The position numbers and the translations under genes were made by a program. The notes beneath the pieces are model-generated. The model saw only the letters and a list, made by a program, of their open reading frames with translations, had not been told where the DNA came from and did no database searches. 64,000 nucleotides of DNA from assembly GCA_050950825.1 (NCBI GenBank), contig JBMNIH010000002.1, forward strand, positions 320,001 through 384,000, read 5' to 3'. This document shows, one piece after another, positions 38,192 through 46,767 of this stretch (its first letter is position 1; the number at the start of each line of letters is the position of its first letter). The DNA comes from Clostridia bacterium. Lineage in GTDB: Bacteria > Bacillota > Clostridia > JAAYHZ01.

Positions 38192-39274
38192 TTACAGAAT
38201 AATTTCTTTCCCCGTTTCCGCGGATTCGTAGATCGCCGTAATGATTCGGATCATATCCACGCCCTGTTGAGGTACGAAAATGGGTTTGGCTCTTCCTAAC
38301 AAGCAGTCCACTACGTGGTCCAAGTTTCCTGCATGCTGTTCTCTTTTACCGGATTTTTTGAAGTTCGGTTGAAGGTCCGTGGTAATTCCTTGTTCTTCGC
38401 TGAAAATGGACAGCTTGCTGTCAAAGTACGAGGAATGCCATCTTGCTCCGGCTTTGGTTCCCATCAGCTCGTAATAACGGTTTTCTCTTTCGATGTTTTC
38501 CGCCCAGCTGAATTCCACCGTCATGGTGGCGCCGTTGTCAAACTTGATGTAGCCGGTAGCCAAGTCTTCCACGTTGTAAATGCCGTCTTCCTTGGCATCG
38601 CCGAAAGCGGCGTTTACGCTGTCGGCCAAGGTTTGGCTTTGTCCGAATTTGGAATAGGTGGAGCCTACCACCGAAACCGGTCTCGGATTGCCCATGAGCC
38701 ATATGGTCAAATCCATCATATGTACGCCCAAGTCGATTAAGGGTCCTCCGCCGGACAACTCTTTTGTTGTAAACCATCCGCCTTTTCCGGGAATTCCTCT
38801 TCGTCTTACCCAACCGCATTTGGCGTAGTAGATTTCGCCCATTTTGCCGTCTTCTACGAACTTCTTAACAAAAGCGCTTTCCGCCGTAAAGCGGTTATTT
38901 CTCATGACCATTAAAAGCTTACCGGAGCGCTCGTAGGCCTCCTTCATCTTCAGCACTTCTTCGTAGTTCATGGCGTCCGGCTTCTCGCACATGACGTTTT
39001 TCCCTGCATTCAAAGCGTCTACGGCAATAATCGAATGGTATTTGTTCGGGGTGCAAATATCAACCAGATCCAAATCCTCCAAAGCAATTAAATCCTTGTA
39101 GTCTTCGAACACATAAGGGATGTTATGCTTCTGAGCGGCTTTTTCCGCCCGTTCCCTTATGATATCGCACACCGCAACCACTTCCACGTCCGGATTGGTC
39201 ATCCAAGCTTCCAAGTGGGTCCCTCTTCCGATACCGCCGATTCCTACAACTCCAACTTTGATTTTTTTGCTCAT
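38192..39274 (-). CDS. Gfo/Idh/MocA family oxidoreductase
   Basis: GVVGIGGIG, VMCEKP, GGGPLIDLGVHMMD. Confidence 0.92.
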   Translation of the reverse strand: MSKKIKVGVVGIGGIGRGTHLEAWMTNPDVEVVAVCDIIRERAEKAAQKHNIPYVFEDYKDLIALEDLDLVDICTPNKYHSIIAVDALNAGKNVMCEKPDAMNYEEVLKMKEAYERSGKLLMVMRNNRFTAESAFVKKFVEDGKMGEIYYAKCGWVRRRGIPGKGGWFTTKELSGGGPLIDLGVHMMDLTIWLMGNPRPVSVVGSTYSKFGQSQTLADSVNAAFGDAKEDGIYNVEDLATGYIKFDNGATMTVEFSWAENIERENRYYELMGTKAGARWHSSYFDSKLSIFSEEQGITTDLQPNFKKSGKREQHAGNLDHVVDCLLGRAKPIFVPQQGVDMIRIITAIYESAETGKEIIL

Positions 39275-39369
39275 AGATTATATCCTCCGTACACAATATC
39301 TACGAGCATTATACCATACCTATTGTGTAAAATATCCTCACAAAGCATATGAAATATGGCAAAACATCA

Positions 39370-40140
39370 TCATTTTTCGATACGTACCTGGGTTCCGTTC
39401 ACGTCCACCGCAAAATCCTCCGTAAACAGCATATCGGAAACCTTCACCGCTTCGTATCCTTTCATCCTTAACCTCGTCAATACCTCTCTCAACGTATCTT
39501 CTACAAATTTGCCGTTTGTTTTAAACAGAAATATGGACCCCGGCTTTACGTTCTCCATGGCCATTTCCACGGCTCGCTCTACGGGGACCTCCGGCTTCCA
39601 AGTCAGAGGGTCCGTATCATAGCGAACGGAGTACATACCCATCGCCGCCGCCGTCTTTACAACCCTGCCGCCGAAATCGTCGTAAGGCGCACGAAACAAC
39701 GTGCATTCGTCCTTCGTTATCCTTTGAAGCGTCGCATTGCATTCTTGAATTTCACTCTTGATCACGTTTGCTTTTGCATCCCCTAATTGTCGGTAGCTGT
39801 AGGTCATATTCCCGATATCATGCCCTTTTGCCCATAAAGAAAGAACCGCCGATCGGTTTTCCAAGGCCAATTTTCCGGGTATGAAAAACGTCGCTTTCGC
39901 ATCGAATTCGTCCAATATATACATGATATTTTGTATCTCATCGCCGAAGGATAGGCAATCAAAGGTTAATGCCACTTGCTTTAGCTCCGTATCCACCGAA
40001 CAAACGGGTACGGCGGAAATTCCGTTTATCGGTTTTGCCACATTGTAGAAATTTAGAACCCAAACGGTTAAAAACATAACCGTGACCAACAGACCGATAC
40101 CGATTCTTCGAACCCATTTGCTTTTATTTCTATCTTCCAT
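39370..40140 (-). CDS. Polysaccharide deacetylase family protein (PdaB-like, sporulation)
   Basis: N-terminal TM, VALTFD, ATFFIPG, GHDIGNM, LFRAPY, GSIFLF; degenerate His motif as in PdaB-like proteins. Confidence 0.75.
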   Translation of the reverse strand: MEDRNKSKWVRRIGIGLLVTVMFLTVWVLNFYNVAKPINGISAVPVCSVDTELKQVALTFDCLSFGDEIQNIMYILDEFDAKATFFIPGKLALENRSAVLSLWAKGHDIGNMTYSYRQLGDAKANVIKSEIQECNATLQRITKDECTLFRAPYDDFGGRVVKTAAAMGMYSVRYDTDPLTWKPEVPVERAVEMAMENVKPGSIFLFKTNGKFVEDTLREVLTRLRMKGYEAVKVSDMLFTEDFAVDVNGTQVRIEK

Positions 40141-40257
40141 AATTCACACTCCCGCCATGTTGCTACTACATCATATTAAAAAAAAGGACAAATTATACCC
40201 TGATCCGACAAAAACAATCCACCGAAAAGACAAAATCGAAAATCCGCTTGCTGTGCG

Positions 40258-40318
40258 TTATCCACAAAGTTATCCACAATTTTGATAACATATCCACATC
40301 AAGTTATCCATATCCACG
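40258..40318 (+). promoter_or_regulatory. DnaA-box cluster
   Basis: Perfect TTATCCACA at 40258 and 40270; near matches ATATCCACA (40290), TTATCCATA (40304), ATATCCACG (40310). Confidence 0.75.
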
Positions 40319-40440
40319 GGAGCGACGATTTTTTACGCGACGATTTTTTATGCGGAATTTCCTTTTTCAACATCAAGAAGAGAGGTTTTTCCGGTAAAAT
40401 AGGAAGGGTGAAGAACCTGTTTCATAAGGAGGTAGATCTG

Positions 40441-41532
40441 ATGCTGCTTGAGGACTTAAAAAAAAGAGAACTGCCACAGCTTACCGTATTCAATGACGGA
40501 ACCCAATGCACCCCGGAATCCTGGCCAAAAAGAAGAGAAGAGCTTTTAACGTTGCTGCAAGAAAATATCTACGGCTATACCCCGGCACCGCCGAAAAAGG
40601 TAACGGGAAAAGTCATAAAAAAAACGCCTCCTCACGCCTTTGCAGGAAAAGCCATACACGAAACGGTGGAAGTGTCCTTCGATACTCCCTATGGCGACTT
40701 TTCCTTCCCTCTCCAAGTGATTGTACCTGTAAACGTTCCGAAGCCTCCCGTTTTTCTTCATATCGCTTTTCGTCCGGACATTCCGGATAAGTACACACCG
40801 GCGGAAGAGCTTATTGATAACGGATTCGCGCTGGCCTTGTTTTATTACCAAGATGTGGTCAACGATAACCACTTCGGCGATTATTCCGACGGTTTGGGAA
40901 AGCTTTTCATCGGTTCTCGAAAAAGAGAAAAGACGGAATGGGGAAAAATCGGCATGTGGGCATATGCCGCAAGCCGTGCCATGGACTATCTTGTAACCCG
41001 AGAGGACATCGATGCCGAAAAAGTGGCGGTGGTCGGTCATTCCCGTTTAGGAAAAACCGCATTGTGGTGTGCAGCCCGGGACACGCGCTTTTTCACCGCC
41101 ATATCCAATAATTCCGGAAAAGGCGGTGCATCTCTCATGAGGCACGCAACCGGGGAAACGGTGAAGTCCTTTTTGGATGCCGGCAGCTGGGATTGGTTCT
41201 GTGAAAAATGGAAAGAATACCACGGACATGAAAATGAAATCCCTTACGACCAGCATTTCGTTTTGGCATGCATAGCTCCGAGATACATCCTGGTAGGCAG
41301 CGCCGAAATCGACCCCGGAGCGGACCCGAAATCGGAATTCCTATCCTGTGTAGCGGCCTCCGAGGTTTATCGTTTGTTAGGAAAAACAGGATTGGTCACC
41401 GAGGATAAATACCCGGTTCCCGATACCGCCCTCCACCAAGGAGAAATCGGATACCATATCCGCAAAGGCTTGCACTATTTCAGCCGCACCGATTGGCTGT
41501 ACTACATGGATTATTTGAAAAAGAGGATTTAA
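40441..41532 (+). CDS. CE15-like (glucuronoyl/acetylxylan) esterase
   Basis: WAYAASRAMDYL, GHSRLGK nucleophile motif, PYDQH, APR, ADPKSEF; SD AAGGAGGT. Confidence 0.8.
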   Translation: MLLEDLKKRELPQLTVFNDGTQCTPESWPKRREELLTLLQENIYGYTPAPPKKVTGKVIKKTPPHAFAGKAIHETVEVSFDTPYGDFSFPLQVIVPVNVPKPPVFLHIAFRPDIPDKYTPAEELIDNGFALALFYYQDVVNDNHFGDYSDGLGKLFIGSRKREKTEWGKIGMWAYAASRAMDYLVTREDIDAEKVAVVGHSRLGKTALWCAARDTRFFTAISNNSGKGGASLMRHATGETVKSFLDAGSWDWFCEKWKEYHGHENEIPYDQHFVLACIAPRYILVGSAEIDPGADPKSEFLSCVAASEVYRLLGKTGLVTEDKYPVPDTALHQGEIGYHIRKGLHYFSRTDWLYYMDYLKKRI

Positions 41533-41706
41533 AATACAAGGTCCAAAAATCGCTTGAAAAAACCGGTTTTTGGACCTTTTTCATCGATCTTTTTTCCGAA
41601 TGGAAAGCTTGTAAAGATAACTTCGGCATGGTACTTTCAAAAAAGAATGACCGTTTTTACCAAAAAAACTTTTGATATAAAGGGCAAACGGAAGGAGGCC
41701 GGGCCA

Positions 41707-42858
41707 ATGATTAAGACCTACAAATTGAAAGACGTTGATTTTGGCAATGGATGGACGGATTATGTGGAGAATCGATGGGAATACAAGCAATTTATCGACA
41801 ACAAGGATTGGAGAGAAGGCTGGATTTCATTCGATTGCTGTTATTACCACAAAGACTCTAAAAGCCTTTTTTTAGGGGTCACGTCTTTTGACGGTGACAT
41901 ATTCTATGAATTCGACGTAGAAACAAAGGAATTCGTCAACATGGGATTCAAGAAAATCGGGAATCCTTACGATGCGAAATTCCACCGCTCGCTATGCTAT
42001 CATCCTCAAACCGAAACCTTGTATGCCGCCGTGGCTCTGCTCCATTGCACGGATCGATACAAGGAGGCTCCCGGAGGTGCGGTCGTTGCGGCATCCGTTG
42101 ACGGAAAGCGTCTTGAAAAATTGTCCGTCCCCATCCCTCATGTCTACATACAAGCTTGCGACATCGACATTGCGAACAACAAGCTGTACTTACAATTCTT
42201 CACGCCTGAGTACATCGGAGAATTTGATCTTTGTACAAGAGAGTTTCGCTTGTTAGGCTTAGCGGGATCCGGTATCGGCGGAATGGCACAGGGACAAAAC
42301 ATTCTTGTCGACAAGGAAGGAAATCTCTGGGGCGCATGGTGCTTGACAAGGGCTTGGCAGGATAAACCGGGAAAAGACGTCAATCGGATATTTATTAAAA
42401 AAGCTCATGAGCCGGAAATTACTTGGTTGAATATCGGGCTGCCTTACTCCGACGGCGAATACGGGTATAACAAGGCGGATGCGTTTTTTGAACTCGGCGA
42501 TGATCACCATATCTACGTCTCGGACGTCAAAGGAAGCTTGTATCGAATTTCCAAAGAAACCTATCAAGTAGACTTCTTGTTTAATCCCGTTCCTTACGGT
42601 AAAGGAAGATTTTCCGCCATGATCAAGGCGGCAAACGGAGATGTTTACGCGGCGGTTGGCAAAGACGAGGATTGCCAAATCATCAAAGTGAACCTTTGTG
42701 AAGGCACATATGAGAAAGTATGCTCTTTACAAGATCAAAACGGTATTGTATGCCGACAAATTCACCACATGACCGAAGGTCCTCACGGCATTCTGTATTG
42801 CTGCGAAAACGACAACCCGAAAAGAAGCAGCTATTTATGGGAAATCGATTTACGATAG
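41707..42858 (+). CDS. Hypothetical protein, probably a beta-propeller
   Basis: Long ORF with SD AAGGAGG and repeated short beta-strand patterns; no family recognised. Confidence 0.7.
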   Translation: MIKTYKLKDVDFGNGWTDYVENRWEYKQFIDNKDWREGWISFDCCYYHKDSKSLFLGVTSFDGDIFYEFDVETKEFVNMGFKKIGNPYDAKFHRSLCYHPQTETLYAAVALLHCTDRYKEAPGGAVVAASVDGKRLEKLSVPIPHVYIQACDIDIANNKLYLQFFTPEYIGEFDLCTREFRLLGLAGSGIGGMAQGQNILVDKEGNLWGAWCLTRAWQDKPGKDVNRIFIKKAHEPEITWLNIGLPYSDGEYGYNKADAFFELGDDHHIYVSDVKGSLYRISKETYQVDFLFNPVPYGKGRFSAMIKAANGDVYAAVGKDEDCQIIKVNLCEGTYEKVCSLQDQNGIVCRQIHHMTEGPHGILYCCENDNPKRSSYLWEIDLR

Positions 42859-42893
42859 TACAAAACAAACACTGAATATAGGATAAAAAGAAT

Positions 42894-43625
42894 ATGATCA
42901 TTCTTGATTGCAATGTCACTTTACCGTGCATGATGAAAAAGGAAAGTATACGGCAATATATGGAGGAGTATAAAATCCGGTATTGCGGTCTTCGAAGCCA
43001 ATATGCCGTAACATACCATCCTTTGGACGGGAACGCCGACTTATGGAATCTTGTGAAGGACAACCCTGCCATTTTACCGGTGTTTACCGCCCTACCTTCC
43101 GTGGGAGGTGATTTTCCGGACGAAGAAGAATTCGCCGCCGACGTTATAAAAAAGAAGGGAATCGGGGTATATTTCGAGCCCTTCGGTGACGAGCTAACGA
43201 AGTCCGCCTGTCTTTGGACCATGGGACGGTATTACGAGGTTTTATCCTCGTACAAGCTTCCTCTTATGATCAAGGCCGAAAAAATCTCCTTTCACGTTAT
43301 TTACGAGCTGTCAAAATCATATCCCTCATTAAAAATTGTGCTTTTGGACATCCGGTACGCTATGATAAAGGATTTATACGGGCTTTTGGATGCAACCCGG
43401 AACCTGTACTTGGAAACATCCGGTTTGAAGGGCTATCGGATGATTCATGATATTTGCAAAAAATACGGCGCCGTGCGCCTTGTATTCGGGTCAAGATTTC
43501 CCGTTTTTGAACCCGGCACTTCCTTAGCGGACCTTTTCTACATGGATGTAAGCCGTGAAGAAAAACAAATCGTAGCTTGCAACCCGCATGTGTTCGGCGA
43601 TTCGTTTCAAGAAGGGGGTCAATGA
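42894..43625 (+). CDS. Amidohydrolase-family TIM barrel, metal ligands degenerate
   Basis: ILDCNV, NLYLETS, RLVFGSRFP align with the Amidohydro_2 layout. Confidence 0.65.
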   Translation: MIILDCNVTLPCMMKKESIRQYMEEYKIRYCGLRSQYAVTYHPLDGNADLWNLVKDNPAILPVFTALPSVGGDFPDEEEFAADVIKKKGIGVYFEPFGDELTKSACLWTMGRYYEVLSSYKLPLMIKAEKISFHVIYELSKSYPSLKIVLLDIRYAMIKDLYGLLDATRNLYLETSGLKGYRMIHDICKKYGAVRLVFGSRFPVFEPGTSLADLFYMDVSREEKQIVACNPHVFGDSFQEGGQ

Positions 43626-44416
43626 TGGATATCTCGGTTATTGAACGGTTTAAAAACGGCGAAGGCCTAAAAGGAATATGCATAAAGGACAGCCACATGC
43701 ATATCGGCAGGATTTATCATTTGCCCTTTTGCTCCGATACGGATACGATGACCAAAGATATGAAACGCTTTTCCATAACCGAAGGCCTTATATCCTGCAT
43801 ATTGAAATACAACGAACGGGAACCGGAAAACGATTATGTACTTCAGACCGTTCAAAAATATGCCGGCATTTTAAAAGGACAAATCTTTTTTTCTCCGACG
43901 GTGCATGGCGACCCCCGGGAGATGGTGGAGAAGTATTTTAAAACCGGCTTGTTTCGAGGGATCAAGATCCATCCCGAAATTAACGGTTTACCGGCAGATC
44001 ATAAAGGGTATTATCCTTTATATGAAATCGCCGGCTTCTACGGATTACCGGTACTTTTGCATACCTGGACGTTGAATAACGACATCCTGCCGGTCGCCAA
44101 ATTGGCGGCGGAATTTCCCGATACCGTCTTCGTCATGGGACATATGGGCGGAAAAGAACAAGCCTGCTTTGAGGCCTGTTTGGATATCGTAAAAAAGTAC
44201 GACAATGTGTATGCCGATACGGCCTTGTCATGGAGCTATCCCGGCAGGCTCGAATATGCCGTGAACAAGGTAAGTTCCGAAAAGATTTTGTTCGGTTCGG
44301 ACGCCAATTGGAACTCCATGCCGGCTTCCTTGGCAAGGGTGTTGTATGCAAAAATATCCTGTTCCCAAATGGAACATATCTTGTATAGGAATTACGACCG
44401 ATTGTACGGCGCATAA
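43622..44416 (+). CDS. Amidohydrolase family protein (Amidohydro_2)
   Basis: DSHMH, GIKIHP, PVLLHT, MGHMGG, ILFGSD. Confidence 0.88.
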   Translation: MMDISVIERFKNGEGLKGICIKDSHMHIGRIYHLPFCSDTDTMTKDMKRFSITEGLISCILKYNEREPENDYVLQTVQKYAGILKGQIFFSPTVHGDPREMVEKYFKTGLFRGIKIHPEINGLPADHKGYYPLYEIAGFYGLPVLLHTWTLNNDILPVAKLAAEFPDTVFVMGHMGGKEQACFEACLDIVKKYDNVYADTALSWSYPGRLEYAVNKVSSEKILFGSDANWNSMPASLARVLYAKISCSQMEHILYRNYDRLYGA

Positions 44417-44538
44417 CCCTTTTTCCTATAGGATGAAGGAATGGGATTGTACAAACAAAAAAGGAATACACGGTTTACAAGAATCTTTCGGTAACATATA
44501 ATAACCATAAAACGTGTTTTTGCATAGGAGGATAAAGA

Positions 44539-45549
44539 ATGACGATATTGGTCACCGGCGGCGCCGGATATATCGGCAGTCATACTTGCGTCGAGCTTTT
44601 GGAAGCGGGATACGATGCCGTGGTTGTTGACAATTTAAGCAACAGCGATAGAAAATCCATTGAACGTGTGGAAAAAATCACGGGGAAACCCCTCCCCTTA
44701 TATACATCCGATTTACTGGATATAGATGCATTAAACCGCATATTCGAAAAACACACCATCGATACGGTAATTCATTTTGCAGGCTATAAAGCCGTAGGAG
44801 AATCGGTTGCGAAGCCTTTGAAGTATTACGAAAACAATCTTGTCGGAACCATCCGACTGTTACAATGTATGAAGGAACACAACGTGAAAAACATCGTGTT
44901 CAGTTCTTCCGCCACGGTTTACGGAGATCCGCATAAGGTTCCCATTACGGAGGACTTTCCCATTCAAGCCACCAATCCTTACGGACGAAGCAAGCTTATG
45001 ATCGAAGAGATCTTAAGGGACTTGTATAAATCCGATTCGAGCTGGAATATCGCCATATTGCGATACTTTAATCCCGTAGGCGCTCACAAAAGCGGATTGA
45101 TCGGAGAAGATCCCAACGATATTCCCAACAACCTGGTCCCCTATATCTCCCAAGTGGCCATCGGAAAGTTAAAAGAATTAAGGGTATTCGGAAACGATTA
45201 CCCTACCCCGGACGGAACCGGAGTACGGGATTACATTCATGTCATCGATTTGGCTTTAGGACACATTAAAGCCGTTGAGAAAATACGCCAAAACCCGGGT
45301 CTTTTTACGGTGAACTTAGGTACGGGCAGAGGCTACAGCGTATTGGAAATGATCAAGGCCTTCGAAAAAGCAAGCGGAAGAAAGATCCCTTATATTTTTA
45401 CGGACCGCCGCCCGGGCGATATCGCCGTCTGTTACGCCGATCCTACCAAGGCTTACGAGCTTTTAGGATGGAAAGCGGAAAGAGACATCGACGAGATGTG
45501 CGAAGATACGTGGCGCTGGCAAACCATGAATCCCAACGGATACAAATAA
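44539..45549 (+). CDS. galE: UDP-glucose 4-epimerase
   Basis: [44 protein letters not shown]. Confidence 0.97.
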   Translation: MTILVTGGAGYIGSHTCVELLEAGYDAVVVDNLSNSDRKSIERVEKITGKPLPLYTSDLLDIDALNRIFEKHTIDTVIHFAGYKAVGESVAKPLKYYENNLVGTIRLLQCMKEHNVKNIVFSSSATVYGDPHKVPITEDFPIQATNPYGRSKLMIEEILRDLYKSDSSWNIAILRYFNPVGAHKSGLIGEDPNDIPNNLVPYISQVAIGKLKELRVFGNDYPTPDGTGVRDYIHVIDLALGHIKAVEKIRQNPGLFTVNLGTGRGYSVLEMIKAFEKASGRKIPYIFTDRRPGDIAVCYADPTKAYELLGWKAERDIDEMCEDTWRWQTMNPNGYK

Positions 45550-45562
45550 CTAAAATAACCGG

Positions 45563-45596
45563 AAGGGAAATGCATCGGCTGCATTTCCCTTTTTTC
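45563..45596 (+). terminator. Terminator of galE
   Basis: AAGGGAAATGCA...TGCATTTCCCTT followed by TTTT. Confidence 0.75.
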
Positions 45597-45601
45597 ATCT
45601 T

Positions 45602-46657
45602 TTATCGATCGATTCGGTTGACATGGTCGGCTAAAAACAGCCCGCTTGAAATGTCCGTTCCTTCTTTCAGCTTGACTTTTTTTCCTTCGCAGCGAAGAAT
45701 TACGTTTTCCACACCGTCGATTTGCTTGGCCGCCAAATAGATTTGGGATATCATCTCCATTTCCTTTTCCAAGCCGGAATAGTTTAAAAGGTTGGAATTG
45801 AAATCCAAAATCACCGTATTGGCCGAGTATTTACATTCCTCCAGCCGTGCATTGACGGGCAGCGCCGTTTCAAAGCTTTCCGCAAGATTGTTCATGGAGT
45901 CGAAGATCATGTAGGCCTGGTCCTCCACGGTCATAACCTCTACCTGTTTGGAAATCGGTATGCACCACTTGTTGTTATGCTCGTCCTTGATCCACATATA
46001 GGAGTCGAATTTGGCGTATCCCTGGGTAACAATGGTCTGATCTGCGTTGATCATGACGTTTTTACGGGTCAGCACCCCCGATATGTCGGTTTCGTAGGGC
46101 ATGGTCTTCACTTTGCTTCCGTTAACCGTAATGCTGACGCCGGATACGGTATCGAAGGATGTCAGCGTATACACAATGGACACCACCATGTTTTGTTCTT
46201 GATTTTTCGATAAAGGATTTAAAAACACGTCGTTCAAGTCCAAATGGGCAATGCTGTTTTTAATCGTTAAGCTCAACACCTTCAAGTCCTGAGGCAAAAC
46301 CGGGTACAATCCGTATCCTCGAATCTCGTTTTGCGTGATGGGATAATTGATTAATGCAATGATGCTCGCCCGTTCGATATTGTCCTGTTTTAAAATGCTT
46401 CTGCGTACCGGAATCAAATATCCGTTATCGTTTTGATAGTACAATACCGTTTCTACGGTAGGAAAGTCGGGCGGCTTTTCCGTTGCTTCCATAAATGCCG
46501 CCGCCATCACGCCTACGGCTCCGTCCTCTTCTCTTTCCATACCGTTATACAGCACTTTACCGGAAGGGTTCTTGTCGCTGTACATGGTCAAGACCCCGCA
46601 TCCGGACAAGCCGAACAAAATGATAAGTATGATGACAAACCCTGTTATTCTCTTCAT
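45602..46657 (-). CDS. gerM: GerMN-domain spore germination lipoprotein
   Basis: Lipobox LSGC; LYYQNDNGYLIPV, SIVYTLTSFDTVSGVSITVNG; two GerMN-like repeats. Confidence 0.75.
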   Translation of the reverse strand: MKRITGFVIILIILFGLSGCGVLTMYSDKNPSGKVLYNGMEREEDGAVGVMAAAFMEATEKPPDFPTVETVLYYQNDNGYLIPVRRSILKQDNIERASIIALINYPITQNEIRGYGLYPVLPQDLKVLSLTIKNSIAHLDLNDVFLNPLSKNQEQNMVVSIVYTLTSFDTVSGVSITVNGSKVKTMPYETDISGVLTRKNVMINADQTIVTQGYAKFDSYMWIKDEHNNKWCIPISKQVEVMTVEDQAYMIFDSMNNLAESFETALPVNARLEECKYSANTVILDFNSNLLNYSGLEKEMEMISQIYLAAKQIDGVENVILRCEGKKVKLKEGTDISSGLFLADHVNRIDR

Positions 46658-46688
46658 GGTATCCTCCCCGCCTATGGAAAAGAAATTA

Positions 46689-46717
46689 AAAAACCGGATA
46701 TATAAATATATCCGGTT
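46689..46717 (-). terminator. Terminator after the amidase gene
   Basis: AACCGGATATA...TATATCCGGTT with a T-tail on the minus strand. Confidence 0.65.
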
Positions 46718-46767
46718 ACAGGTTCAATTATTATTCTTTTGCCCTCATTATGTCATTTCCCGGCTGC

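Noticed and set aside
39370-40140. Missing catalytic His/Asp in the deacetylase as a novelty
   Set aside because: Similar degeneracy is known in PdaB-like sporulation proteins.
40200-40440. oriC
   Set aside because: No dnaA/dnaN context, no clear DUE, and no switch in core-gene strand; reported as a non-origin DnaA-box cluster.
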